Shown here in pieces: positions 24,914 to 38,235 of a DNA stretch of 64,000 nt. The DNA comes from Hemiscyllium ocellatum (taxonomy: Eukaryota), in NCBI RefSeq assembly GCF_020745735.1, contig NC_083406.1, positions 13,330,001-13,394,000 on the forward strand, read 5' to 3'. The position numbers and the translations under genes are program-made. Under the pieces are notes generated by a model. It did no database searches. It was not told the origin of the DNA and was given only the letters and a program-made list of their open reading frames with translations. Position 1 is the first letter of the stretch, and the number at the start of each line of letters is the position of its first letter.

Positions 24914-26604
24914 TTCTGCTTTGAGATCTGGGTGATGTAATAGGAACATAAGAGTACTAAAGCATTTCATCCGCAATGCTTCTTGAGGCCAACTCCCTAA
25001 GCATTCAGATGAAGCTTCTGCAAAAGCACCAAAGATGAGCTGGATGCAGGATGGTTGAAAAGCATCTTTCCCGGCTCGGTTTTTGCTTTTTCAACTTTTA
25101 AATGGCAGGTATTCGGGTGGACAAAAACTATGCTGCAAAGACACTTTGAAGCACAAGCATTGATAATGAGTGGGAGGAACTTGTTGCAAATTTTGAATAG
25201 TGGTAGCTAGTTTATCAGACTGCATCATGCTTTGCATCCAAATGTATTCAAGATAAGGAAGTGCAGCACTGCAATGGAGGAAAAGAAAAGCAAATCCTGT
25301 GTGGAGTCACGTTGGTTCCTGGGATGGTTTGTCCCTTGTGTCTAAAGATCAGAAGGCTGCGAATTGGTTTGTTCGCTCTCATGAAGATTCATAACTTTTA
25401 CTTGGGTTCATGAGATGTTATCCTCTATTTTTCAGCTAATGGTCCTTTTGAAGTTTTTTTTACTTTTAAATTCTCTATATCTGCTTTGTGCAATCTAATT
25501 TATAACAAAAAAAAGTTTAAAGATGTGAGGTAGCTGGCATTATTCCTTTTTGACATTTCTTCAATGTTTACTCTTAATTTTTTTTCTGCATGGGTCAAAT
25601 CATTACATACAATACACAATACCTGAAACCGGTCAATCTCATTACTTTGCGAGAATAATGAAATTACAGTTGTGTACAGTAAAATTAGTGGGAAAGTGGT
25701 AATGGGGTTTTGTGGTGTTGCTGCTTATTCTTATTCGGTCCTCCCCATATTGTCTTTTGAGGCAAGTGATATTATTAGAGTTGAAACAAAAAATGCTCTT
25801 GCGAGACTAGACATTTACAGTTCAATCACTGTCAGATTTCATAATTCAAGTTTTTGCTGTTCTTGATATTGAAACACTTTTTGAGCATTCCCTCCAAGTC
25901 TGGAACAACTTAAGTTTACCTAGTGGAAAACTTTTTTTCTGGCCAGTAACAATAGGTGTCACTTTTGTGGCTCATTCTTTCCCTGCATGTTTGAAGCAAC
26001 ACCATTTTTTTTCCCCTGGCTCTATTTATGACAGGCATTATACCTTTTGCTGTTCTGCTCAATTTCTTCTTGTTTGCTGTTTTGCAGTGTTCTGCTGATG
26101 GCTTTGTGTCATTTGACCAGTTGTTTGTTTAGGAGACGAGAACTGCAACATGAGAACTAGTTTGGCTCGGAGAATGATGGAATCTGATTGCTCAATCTTG
26201 ATTTGGCTAAAACTTCAAATTTAGCATTTTAAACTATTGCCATTAAAATTTAAAAAGATTGATTTATTTTCTGAAATGAACAAGGAAGCAAAATAGAAAA
26301 ATGCAAAAGATTGAGAATGTGTGGGTCCCCTTATTTCAGTTCGGGGAAAATAAATTCAGCAGCTGGGTGTGACTTGTTCTTTTTTTTTGTATTTGAGCTC
26401 CTGAGCAAAACTGAAAAGGAAATGGGCTGTAAGTTTGCTCAGTGAAGTTAAGAGACCCATAATCTTTGGTAAGCTGCTCCAGTGTGACTGAATGTCATGT
26501 TTAATATATTGTCAAGCGCTCCCTGGCTTGTCTTAATACTTAGAAACATTACAAATGTGTAATTGTTTTTATACCATTGTGTATGATGTAATTTAGATTT
26601 CAGT

Positions 26605-28330
26605 GAACAAAGGAACGGGAGTAGGCTATTCAGCTTCTTGAGTCTGTTCTACTGTTTAATTAGACCACTGTAGATCTGATCCTTTACATCATTTAGCTGT
26701 CTTAATTCCATAACCATTAAAATCTTTGTGTAAAGAAGATCCATTTGTCCCATTCCTGAAGTTAACTGACCCACCTTTTGGAGAGAAGGTTACAGGTTTC
26801 CCCTACCATTTGTACATAATCTGACTATCCCAATCTACCTCAAGATTAAAGTCTCCCATGATTAATGTACTGCCTTTAATATATGCCACATTATCTCCTG
26901 ATTTATGGTGTCTTACCAATAGTTACTGTCAGTGGCCAAAGAAGTTGCTCTAACAGGTGTCACCTTTCTCTTAATTTTTCTGTACACTTGTGTGGATTTT
27001 ACATCATCCAATCTAAGATAGTTTCTCGCTATCATAGTTATTCCATTTCGTGCTAACAAAGCTGCTTCACCACTTTGTTCTTTTGAAAAGTTATGCATCC
27101 CAGAATGTTTACCATGCCTTTGTAATTGCTATAAGATCAAGTGTTCTAAACACTCCAAGCATTCAAGTGAAGTGTTGGCCTTTTACTGCATTTTCCCATT
27201 TTTTACCCCACTTAGTGTTGTTTCCTGTGTTTAATTATTCTGTGCCTTTCTGTATCTAGATATTGTTATAGTTGCCATATAATGCTGCCATATTCTTTTA
27301 CTTTATAAGCCTACATTTTCGCTCTCCCAAATCCTCTCCCTCTCTAATTAGTTTAAAGCTCTTTACAGATTTAGTTATTCAATTCAGCATGACATTGGTG
27401 CCAGCATGGTTCAAGTAAAGCCCATCCCACCAGACCAGCTCCCTTCTACCCCAGTACTCTGCTAGTGCTCCATGATGTGAAACTCACCCTATTCTTTGAG
27501 GCATACAGTAAACTTGTGACTATATTTGTCCTGTTCCAGTTTGATTGTGGGTTTGATAGTAATCAGATATTATTACCTTGGATGTTCTGGTTTTTAAGTT
27601 AGGTTTTGAACAGTCAGAAGCTTTCAGCAAATCCTATTTTCTCGTCCTATCAAAGCCTTTGGGAAGGAGATGACTTTACTGGCTGCTTGGAGTCAAGCTC
27701 AAAGACTTCAGGAGTCCTCATGGTTGCAGAGAACACTATCTATCTCACTAACTGTACTGCCTCCTGCTACAACTACATTCCTATTGTTACAGATCAGACT
27801 AAACACCCTCAAAACATATCTAGTAGACCCTTAACTCCATCCACTCTTCTGTCTTCTAATTATTTAAAAAAAATTATTTACTCTGCTTTCCATGGAGCAG
27901 GCATTTCAGCTTCAGGTTTATAACATCTTTCTTCAAGAGAAACAAGATAGAACAAATCCTCCTTGCAGGCACATTTTGTCACTCTATTTGCTTCCCTTGA
28001 ATGACTCCCTGTACCTAAGTGCCACATACAGTTCCCTTATCCTGCCTGCAGTCACCACTCTTCCGCACAGCTTGCAAGAGCCTTGTAAGTATTGAACAGT
28101 TACAGGGCTAAGGCTTGTCAATTTAACCCCACATCTGCCTAACCTGCAATCCCACCCTCCTGTCCCTGATCTCAAGCAGTTTTGAATTACCTAGTCTGAG
28201 GGGTGTGTCCATGTAACTTTCTCATTCCCTGATGTGGCATTATGTCAGCAGTTTAGATTCCATCTCCTCAACCTGGATCCAAAGTTTCTTGAATTGCAAA
28301 TGCTTCCCACAGATGTAATAATTTTTGCCT
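26605..28330 (-). mobile_element. Highly decayed CR1 (3' end and ORF1 remnants)
   Basis: GGAGTAGGCTATTCAGC-type 3' end at ~26615 and patchy similarity to the ORF1 region of the CR1 at 12900-13960. Confidence 0.5.
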
Positions 28331-29354
28331 ACATTGGTGGCCAGAAGCTTCCACAAATTGTAGGAAGAGCACATTACCCTCCTTGCCAACACTATCATAT
28401 TTGATTTAACTTATAAATTTATTACTCAAGGTTACCATATCTTTACGCTCCACCGTAATGATATTTTGTTGTGGCATTCTCAATTTCCAAGCAACCGAGT
28501 ATTCCTTCTGAAATGCAATTTTAACGGTTACTGTAACAAGTACAAACTGCTAATAGGGTAAATTGCCAGACCTTTTGAGGGGTTTAAGAGAAATATTAGC
28601 TAAGCTTCATGGAGACCTCCTTGCTGTTACTATATTGGTAAGAGAACTAAGTTGAATAGGTTCACGGATCATTAAGTCAATATGTTTCCACTGAAATCTA
28701 GGACCTCCTGACGATGCAGTACTTCCTCTGCTACGTTAAAGTCATAGACAAGATAATTGGTTCAAGTCTGAGGAATAATGTAACAAAAATTCTCCTGAAT
28801 AATCATTCTCATTGCTTTGGGGATTTAGAGGGCTATTATAAAATGTGTGGAACATTTTTAACAGTTACCATATCTTGCATTGTTTTAATTATTCTCAAAT
28901 ATTGTGGGTGAAGGCAGATGTGGAAATTAATAGATTCAATCGATTTGCTTTTTTTCTGTAGTGTTGCATTACAATTGTAATGATGGTGCCAAAAGGACAA
29001 ACGTAATTGTAAGTATTTCTTTATCTGGGATTTGTACTCTAGAGTAGACAACTTGATTATCTGGTGTCGTTATCATACTTTAGGAAGAATATGAGGATCC
29101 TTGTGTTTGCAATAGACATTTCTAGAATGGTGCTACGTATGAGGGATTTTAGCACCTTGGAAAAAAAAAGGAGGGGAGATTTGATGAAGATCTTAAAAAG
29201 GTTAAGATAAAGGTTGACAAAGTAAAGTTGTTTCCATTAACTGATGTACATGGATTAAGGGGCAATCTTAATGTTTTTGGATAAGAAATGAGAGTGAAAT
29301 CTTTTCTGAAGTCATTGGTAATGACCTTGAACTTTCTGATCTGAGTGGTAGAAT

Positions 29355-29668
29355 TCTAGTCTCTATAGTGGGAAAGAGGTCTACATTGACCCTCTGAAGA
29401 GCATCCCACCCTATTGGTATAATCCCATATTTACTATGGCTAACCCAACAAGCCTACACATCCCCTGGGCACTGAGCAATTTAATATGGTCAATCTACTA
29501 AACTGCACATCTTTTTCAATTATGGGAGGAAACTGGAGCACCTGGAGGAAACCCACACAGATACAGGGAAAACATACAAACTCCACACAAGCTGATTGCC
29601 TGAGGCTTGAATCAAAGCCAGGTGCCTGTGAGGCGCAGTGCTAACCACTGTGCCACCGTGCTGCCCCT
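29355..29668 (-). mobile_element. HE1-type SINE nested in a decayed + strand CR1 fragment (~28860-29760)
   Basis: Reverse complement of HE1: GGGAGGAAACTGGAGCACCTGGAGGAAACCCAC...GTGCTAACCACTGTGCCACCGTGCTGCCC. Confidence 0.85.
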
Positions 29669-30382
29669 TAGCAGAGTTGATCATTTTTCAAAAGAAAATT
29701 AATTTTGAGCAAAATAAAACTTCGACCAATGGGTGTAGAATAATGGAATGGGACTAATTGATTTTTATTGTCACGTATTTTACAGTGGGAGAAAACACCG
29801 TAAAATACGGTGAAAAGCCATGATCCAGCACTATTTGAATAGTTTTAAGAATGGGGTGAATAAGAAAACAAAAAGATATATCTTAGAAATCCGTCAGTCC
29901 TGATTCAGTTCATTGTTAATGACGCTTGCACCGCCATCCCCTCCACTACCTCACCGCTATTTACATGGACCCAACCAGCACTGACGTTGCCACTCTTCTG
30001 GTGCAATCTTTCACTGCTGGGCCAATTCTCCTAAACTGCTGCCTTGACAACGTCTGCACCAGAGTCGTGTCTGTCGCCACTGGTCCCACCTCATCGATGT
30101 TGTTGTAATGCCCTTTTGCCAATGCTTTGCCTCTATCAGCACCAGACCCAACCAACAACCCAGCCACCGATCCTCAAGTGCCATCTTTCACCGCTGGGTC
30201 TACCATGCCAATATCGCCTCTGCCGATGCAGCTGCTGATTCCACTTGCTGTTCATTTAAAACGATGGACCACATGACTGACTTTGTCATTATGACTCTGA
30301 TTCGGGACAGGCATGCATGACCTGACACAAAAAGCAGCTCATCTGATCCTACTCCCCTTCTGTAATGGCGTTTCTTTTTTCT

Positions 30383-30630
30383 TAGATTAGATTGGGTTCC
30401 CTACAGTGTGGAAACAGGCCCTTCGGCTCAACCAGTCCACACTGAAGCTCTGAAGAGTAGCCCACCCAGACCCATTTCCCTCTGACTAATGCACCAAACA
30501 CTATGGGCAATTTAGCATGGCCAATTCACTTGACCTGCACATCTTTGGATTGTGGGAGGAAACCGGAGCACCCGGAGAAACCCACGCAGACACGGGGAAA
30601 ATGTGCAAACTCCACATAGACCATTGCCCT
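30383..30630 (-). mobile_element. 5'-truncated HE1-type SINE
   Basis: (TTAGA)n tail, GGAAACAGGCCCTTCGG, and GGGAGGAAACCGGAGCACCCGGAG...CAAACTCCAC. Confidence 0.88.
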
Positions 30631-33292
30631 GTAGTGTTGCTTACTCAGGATACAGTGAGAAATGAGGCCCTTGTTTCAGTCACTGCGATATAATTGATTT
30701 ATTTAGGTCTAGAGATTGGAATAGTAAAGATCTAAGAACTGTAGATAAAAGGATAATGTTCCCATAGTATTTACCAATGTGACAATTATGGACAAACCTC
30801 GTGCCGTATATCTGACTCTATAATTTGTTTGAATTTTAAGTTTTTTCGTACCTTGTTTTATAAACTAATGACATTTCATGTTAGGTGGACATTAATTGGA
30901 CAATTTATTCTGATCTTCTGTGTCTTATGTGGCATTACGGTTTTCAGGAGTGCTTCAGTCATGTGCTCTTTGATGCATTTAGGTACTGTTCTCATATAGA
31001 ATTGAATGTTTTTAGTGAAGGTTTTGCTCACTGGATATTTTAAGTTTACTTGGTTGAAAATCTTGTTTAAAAATCTCTTTCCTAGTAAAGGAATTAATCG
31101 ATAAAATTTCTCTAGCATTTTGAAAGAAAATGTTTTATTTGGAGTAATGTTTGTGTTTTAAAGTGTGGGTAAATTAGGAACAGAAACAAAACTTTGAGTA
31201 TGAAAAGCCTATTCTGCCCTCCAGCTTATTCTGCCTTTGTAATATGATTATGGGTACTGATCCAATTCAGTGCGTCTAATCCCACTTTCTCCCCATATCC
31301 TTTTGGACTCTTAAGCCCGAAGACCTGTATCTACATCTTGAATATCTTCAGTGTCTTGGTTCCTGACACTTTGCTGTGGCAGAGAATTCCACAGACTCGC
31401 CCCACTGTCTGGGTGAATAAATTTCTCATCTGTCCTAAAAGGCCTATCCCATATTCTTAGACAGTAACCCTTGATTTTGGATTCTCTAATCATCAGGAAT
31501 ATCCTTCCTGCATATAACCCTGTTACAATTTTATAAGTTTCTGCGAGTGAGACATTTATTCTTTTAAATTCTAGTGAACACAGTCCTTACTGATGCAGTC
31601 TCTCCGGGCTAAGTTAGTCCTGCCACACCAGAAATCCATTTGGTAAACCTTGGTTGCACTTTCTCCATAGCTAGAACGTTCTCCTCCAGGTAAGGAAACC
31701 AAAGCTGCACAAATACTCAGTGTGGGGTCTAATCTATGCCCTGTACAGTTTCAGCAAGACATCCCTGCTCCTGTACTGAAATTCTCTTGCTATGAGGTAC
31801 AGCATACCATTTGCTGTCTTCACCGTGTTCTATAAGGCTTCTTACTCCTAATGACTGGAGTTTAAAGACACTGAGGACTTTGCACCAATGCCTTTCTGAA
31901 TCAGATAAACTGCGTCCCTGTTTTTGCTCTCAAAATGGGTAATTTCTTGTTTATCCACATTATACTGTATCTATCAAGTATTTACCCACTTGTCCAAATT
32001 GCATCCTCCTCAAAGCATGTTCCCCCCCCCAACATTGTGTTGTCTGTAATTTTGCAGATATGACACAGTAATGATTTAGAGGAGGAAGCTTTGTATCATG
32101 AGTAACTGGTGTCTAGGCACTGATCCCTGGGTACTCCACTATTCATTGCATGTCTCTTGGAAAAACACGTGTTTATTTGGACTCTGTTTCTTGTCTGTCA
32201 ACCGGTTTTCCATCTATTTCAGTACACCACCTTCAATCCCATATGCTTTAATTATGCATGGTCATATCTCATTCAGGACTTTATCGAAAGCCTTCTGAAA
32301 ATCCAAATAAACAATTAGTTTCTCCCTATCCACTCTACCAGTTGCATCATCAAAAATGTTCACATTTGTTAAGTGTGACTTCCCCTTCACAAATCTGTGC
32401 TCACTCTGATCTTTTCATTATTTTTCAAGTGCTCTGTTATCATATCTTTTATAATGGACTCTAGCAATTTTCCCACTACCAATGTCAAGCTAACAGGGTT
32501 ATAATTCACTGTTTACACTTTGCCTCCCATCTTAAATAGTGGGGTTACCTCCAATCCATAAAAACTGTTCTAAATCTATGATGACCGCTAGTACTTCTGT
32601 TCTGTAGGGCCATTTAAGTATTCAGATTAAGGTTATCAGGCCCTGGGGATTTATCTGCCTTCAGTCTCATTTTCCTATCTAATATTACTCTATTTCAGTT
32701 TCTCTTTCCCAGGAGACCTTATGTTCTTGATTTTCAGAATTTGTTTTGTCTTCCTTGTATTAAGACAGAATTAAAGAATATTTTATAGGTCTTTTATCTT
32801 TGTTTCCCATTATAAATTTCCCAGTTTCTGGCTATGGGAACCTATTTTTGTCTTTACTAATCTTTTTGTCTTCACATACCTTCAGAAGCTTTTACTATTG
32901 GTCTATATGTTCCCTACAAGCTTATACTCAGTTTTTCCCTCTGTTTCTTTGTGTCCCTTTGGAATGTAAAGTATTCAAAATCCTCACCTCTCTTGCTTTT
33001 TCTGGCCAATTTTTATGCCTCTTACTTGGATTTAACATGACTCCTAAGTGCCCTTGTTAGTCATGGTCTGACTTTTTTTCCATTTTATTTTTATGCTAAA
33101 ATAGTACAAAATGTTACAGTTGCCATGAGCTCTTTTAAATGTTGTCATTGTCTTTCTACTGTCATCTCTCAATCTCTAATTTATTATTGCCATCTTGTGC
33201 CCCATACTATCGTAATTTCCTTTTTAATTAAGTTCAGGATCCTAGTCTCAGAAACAATGATGTCACTCTTCATTTTAAGAAAGAAATCAATC

Positions 33293-35181
33293 TTAGACCA
33301 TAAGACATAGGAGTGGAAGTAAGGCCATTCGGTCCATCGAGTCCACTCCTCCATTCAATCATGGCTGATGGGCATTTCAACTCCACTTACCCGCATTCTC
33401 CCCGTAGCCCTTAATTCCTCGTGACATCAAGAATCTATCAATCTCTGCCTTGAAGACACTTAGCATCCCGGCCTCCAGTGCACTCTGTGGCAATGAATTC
33501 CACAGGCCCATCACTCTCTGGCTGAAGAAATGTCTCCGCATTTCTGTTCTAAATTGACCCCCTCTAATTCTAAGGCTGTGTCCACGGATCCTAGTTTCCT
33601 CGCCTAACGAAAAAAAGTTCCTAGCGTCCATCCTTGCCAAGCCATGTATTATCTTGTAAGTTTCTATTAAGTCTCCCCTTAATCTTCTAAACTCCAATGA
33701 ATGCAATCCCAGGATCCTCAGCCATTCCTCATATGTTAGACCAACCATTCCAGGGATCTTCTGTGTGAATCTCCGCTGGACAAGTTCCAGTGCCAGTATG
33801 TCCTTCCTGAGGTGTGGGAACCAAAACTGGACACAGTACTGCAAATGGGGCCTAACCAGAGCTTATAAAGTTTCAGTAGCACAATGGTGATTTTATATTC
33901 CAACCCTCTTGAGATAAGTGACAACATTGCATTCGCTTTCTTAATCACAGACTCAACCTGCATGTTTACCTTTAGAGAATCCTCGACTAGCACTCCCAGA
34001 TCCTTTTGTACTTTGGCTTTACGAATTTTCTTACCGTTTAGAAAGTAGTCTATGCTTTTATTCTTTTTGCCAAAGTGCAAGACCTTGCATTTGCTCACGT
34101 TGAATTCCATCAGCCATTTTCTGGACCGCTCTCCCAAACTGTCTAGATCCTTCTGTAGCCTCCCCACTTCATCAGTACTACCTGCCTGTCCACCTAACTT
34201 TGTATCATCTGCAAACTTCACTAGAATGCCCCCAGTCCCTTCATCCAGATCATTAATATATATTGCGAACAGCTGTGGCCCCAACGCTGAACCCTGCGGG
34301 ACACCGCTTGTCACCGGCTGCCATTCCGAAAAGGAACCTTTTATCCCAACTCTCTGCCTTCTGTCAGACAGCCAATCCTCAATCCATCCCAGTAGTTCAC
34401 CTCGAACACCATGGGCCCTCACCTTGCTCAGCAGCCTCCCGTGTGGCACCTTATCAAAGGCCTTTTGGAAGTCTAGATAGACCACATCCACTGGGTTTCC
34501 CTGGTCTAACCTACTTGTCACCTCTTCAAAGAATTCCAACAGGTTTGTCAGGCATGACCTCCCCTTGCTAAATCCATGTTGACTTGTTCTAATCAGACTC
34601 TACTCTTCCAAGAATTTAGAAACCTCATCCATAATGATGGATTCTAGAATTTTACTAGCTGCCTGGCCTGCTGTGCTTTGACCAGCAACACATTTGCAGC
34701 TGTGATCTCCAGCATCTGCAGACCTCATTTTTTACTCTAGAATTTTACCAACAACAGAGGTTAGGCTATTGGCCTATAATTTTCCATCCTTTGTCTTGAT
34801 CCTTTCTTGAACAAGGGGGTTACAACAGCGATCTTCCAATCATCCGGATCTTTCCCTGACTCCAGTGACTCTTGAAAGATCTCAACCAATGCCTCTGCTA
34901 TTTCCTCAGCCACCTCTCTCAGAACTCTAGGGTGTATCCCATCGGGGCCAGGAGATTTATCAATTTTAAGACCTTTTAGCTTTTCTAGCACTATCTCTTT
35001 TATAATGGCAACCATACTCAATTCAGCCCCCTGACTCCCTTTAGTTGTTGGGATATTACTCATGTCTTCCACTGAAAACTAACGCAAAGTACTTGTTAAG
35101 TCCTCCTGCTATTTCCTTATCTCCCATCACTAGGCTACCAGCATCAGTTTGAAGTGGCCCACTGTCTACTTCTGCCTGTCT
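33293..35181 (-). mobile_element. Young 5'-truncated CR1 LINE with nearly intact RT domain (pseudogenised by a frameshift and an insertion)
   Basis: ORFs 34761-35072 (KSPGPDGIHPRVL...NYRPI), 33736-34539 (YLDFQKAFDKVPH...SGVPQGSALGP...KFADDTKL) and 33377-33844 (RGDLIETYKI...FFSQRV). Tail (CATAAGA)n. Confidence 0.95.
34656..34735 (+). mobile_element. 80-bp 5'-truncated Penelope-type insertion (family A tail only); perfect 13-bp TSD
   Basis: TSD TCTAGAATTTTAC at 34643-34655 and 34736-34748; body GCTGCCTGGCCTGCTGTG...CCAGCATCTGCAGACCTCA. Confidence 0.9.
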
Positions 35182-36194
35182 TATTGTGGTCATTCTCTTT
35201 CCTAAGTGCCCCCACACAAATAGGTTGTTAATTATTCCTCCTTTGTTACACAATACCAAGTCAAGGATTTTATTTTCTCTGATTGGTTCCTCAATGTGTT
35301 AATCCATAAGATTACCTGTATACACTCCATGAATTCCTCCTCTGATATTTCTACTGATTTGATTTGCCCAATCTGTATGCAAATTGAAGTTGTTCATTAC
35401 AGCTGTTCTCCTCTTTCTCACATCTTTAATGTCTTTTTTTAATGCCCTCCCAAATATCACTTCTGCAGTTTTGAGGTCTATATATTTTGTTTTCTGATCC
35501 TTCTGCAGTCTCACTTTTTTGGCCACAGAACCATCTTTATTATTGAATTCTCTATTATTGTTATATTCCTGCTCTTTTTCCGCCTTTTCTCTGGAGCAGA
35601 GCCATTTGCTGCAATGAGTTTGGCGGCTGCTGCTGCATTGCTTGGAAAGGCCACACTCCCCTCATCAGTAGGAGAAAAGCTAGAAAGAAAGACAGAGGCT
35701 GGGGTTTCATGAGCACTGCCTAGTGACCCCACCTGGAATATTTGAGAGGACAGGGTTCGGCACTGCTGTGGTGTCATGTATAGCTTTTTCCACTGATTTC
35801 CTTCATTCCTTGTCCAGATAATTTCTTGGGTGTCAACTGGAGTGTCCATTCTCGAGTGTTAACATGGAGGAGGGAAATATCACAGTTCAACATATCACAG
35901 TTCAATCTCTTTGCACATGCCCACTTCCAGTTAGTCCATGGTTGAGGGTGAGTAGTTTGATTTTCTCTGAAGATCAGTGAAAAACAGCAGGACTAACCCA
36001 TTTGACTGCTTGAACCTGCTACACATTAAGAAATACAATTGCTGTTCTAAGTGTTGTCCTAACTTCTCTTTTCTGCCTGCCTGCACAACTATTTGATCAA
36101 ATGTTTGTCTAACTATCCTAATGGTATCCACCCTGATGAGTGTCCTTAGAATCGTATCTTTTTCTCATGCATAAGATATGGATTTCACAGGCAC

Positions 36195-37350
36195 GGGCCT
36201 GTATTTATTGCCCATTCTTTGTTTCCAGGCAAGAAGTGCATTAAGCCACTGCAATCCTTTGGGTTCAGGGCACCTACAATGCTGTTTGAGGAATTCCAGG
36301 ATTTTGACCAAGCGACAGTGAAAGAATGGCACATGGTGCCAAGTCGTGATACGGAATTGTTTGGGAAGCAGATATAGTAGTGTTTCTAAACATAAGCTGT
36401 CTAATTTTCTAGATGATAGAGGTTATGGGTTTGACAGGTACTGTCAAAGGAGCCTTGGTGAATTATTGCACTGCATTTTCTGGTGCTATGAATGTGCATT
36501 GGTGTCAAGAGGTATTGAATGTTGAAGGTGGTGCGAAGAGTACCAAACAAGCTTTGTCTTGAATATTGTCAAGCTTTTTGTGTTGTTGGAGCAGCATGTG
36601 GGAAATACTCCATTACACTCCTAAGCTGTGGTTTTTAGATAGTGGATAGACATTGGTGAGGCAGAAAGTGATTTACTGTCTACAGTATTTGTATCCTCTG
36701 ACCTGTGGTTGGTCCACTTCTGTTTCTGGTGAATTCCACTTCCTAGAAGGTTGATAGTGAAAGATTCTGCCATGGAAATGCATTTGACTATCAAAAGGCA
36801 ATAATTCGCATTCTGTCTTGTTGGAGATTTGTTATTGTCAGGTACATTCAATTGTTACTTGCTACTTATCAGGCCAAACATGAATAGTGTCCAAATTCTG
36901 TTGCACATGGGAACAGATCACTTCAATATTTGAAGAGCCACAATTGGAGTTGAAGATTATGCAATCATTGGGGAACATTCTTACTTTTGACCTTAGGATG
37001 GAGAGAACATCATTGGTGAAGCAGCTGAATGTAGTTGAACCTAGGACACTACCCTAAGGAATGAGGGTTGTGTCACAGTGGGTCAGTGACTCTATCTCTG
37101 AGCCAGGAGGTTCTCAAGATTCTATAACATCGAAGTTTACACTGAGGTATGCCTACACTGATGTCTTGGAGCTGAGATGACTGACCTCCAGTAACCACAA
37201 CCATCACCCTTTGTGTTAGGTATGACTGTATGATACTTTATAGCACACCTGCCTACCCCTTTCTTGACTTTGAGAATAGACTATAGGAACATAATTGACT
37301 AGATTTGATTTGGCCTACTAATTATAAATTGGGTGTAATTAGGCATTTTT
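36195..37350 (-). mobile_element. Decayed LINE (same group as 23330-24913)
   Basis: Begins with the reverse-complement tail GCCTGTATTTATTGCCC; contains GAACCTAGGACACTACCCTAAGGAA (reverse complement of PxGSVLG). Confidence 0.65.
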
Positions 37351-38109
37351 TAAATGCATAGATACCAGTTAATTTTATGAAGAGCTGACCTAGTACAAGT
37401 TCTTCAAGATGAGAGGTTTGATGAAATGGATGGTGAAAAACTAGTTTCTTCTCAGCATGACTCAGTACGTAGAATAAAAACATTGGAGAAACTTTTTCAC
37501 AGAATGGTCATCTCTACCTGATAACTTCAAACACCTTTTAATTCCATTATACATTTTAATGATTTGAACTGTACTTGAAAATGGCAAAATTACAATTGGC
37601 TGCCTCATTTGGTAGACTGGTCAATAAGGTTAGATCGCATGGAATACACTAAGAACTATCCATTTGGATAATAACTGACTTTGAAGTTAGGAGACAGAGG
37701 GTAGTGGTGAAAGTTGCTTTTGGGCCTGGAGACCCATGACCAGTAGTGTGCCCCAAGAATTGATGCTGGGTCCACTACTTTGTCAATGATCTGTATGTGA
37801 ATAGGGATATGGGTTAGTAAGTTTGCAGTTTACACCAAACTTTGGTAGTGTAGTGGACAGGCAAAAAGGTTTCTTCAGTACACTACAGGACCTTGATCAC
37901 ATGGCCAGATGGAGTTTAATTTAGATAAATGTGAAGTGTTGCATTTTGGAAAGGCAAATTAGGGCAAGAGTGCAGGGTCATAGTTAGTTGAAAGTGGAGT
38001 TGTAGCTAGACAGAACAATGAAGAATGCTTTTGATATGCTTGCCTTTATTGATCAGTACATTGAGTATAAGAGTTGAGAGGTCATGTTGCAGCTGTACCT
38101 GTCATTGGT

Positions 38110-38143
38110 TTCCTGATGAAGGGCTTATGCCCGAAACGTCGAA
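38110..38143 (+). ncRNA. Minimal type-I hammerhead ribozyme motif (intact core, host sense strand)
   Basis: uuc-CUGAUGA(38113-38119)-A-GGGC-UUAU-GCCC-GAAA-CG-UC^gaa. Predicted cleavage after 38140; palindromic ACGU. Confidence 0.78.
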
Positions 38144-38235
38144 TTTCCTGTTCCTTGGATGCTGCCTGACCTGTTGTGTTTTTCCAGCAACACATTTTCA
38201 GCTCTGATCTCCAGCATCTGCAGACCTGACTTTCT
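38111..38235 (+). mobile_element. Short Penelope-type insertion (family A); perfect 13-bp TSD
   Basis: TSD CCTGTCATTGGTT at 38098-38110 and 38236-38248. It interrupts a CR1. Confidence 0.92.

Larger units (their letters stand above)
31175..35860 (-). mobile_element. Old decayed CR1 LINE interrupted by a younger CR1
   Basis: CR1-type 3' end at ~31180, RT/EN remnants (NNFNLHTDWANQ) and ORF1 remnant (IIENSIIK). It resumes at ~35182 after the nested copy. Confidence 0.7.

Noticed and set aside
26060-26155. Possible exon-2 acceptor TTTCTTCTTGTTTGCTGTTTTGCAG|TGTTC
   Set aside because: In phase 1 it reads Val-Phe-Cys-stop.
33377-34539. 267-aa and 155-aa RT ORFs as a functional or domesticated gene
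   Set aside because: A 5'-truncated CR1 with a frameshift and an 80-bp insertion; an ordinary young copy.
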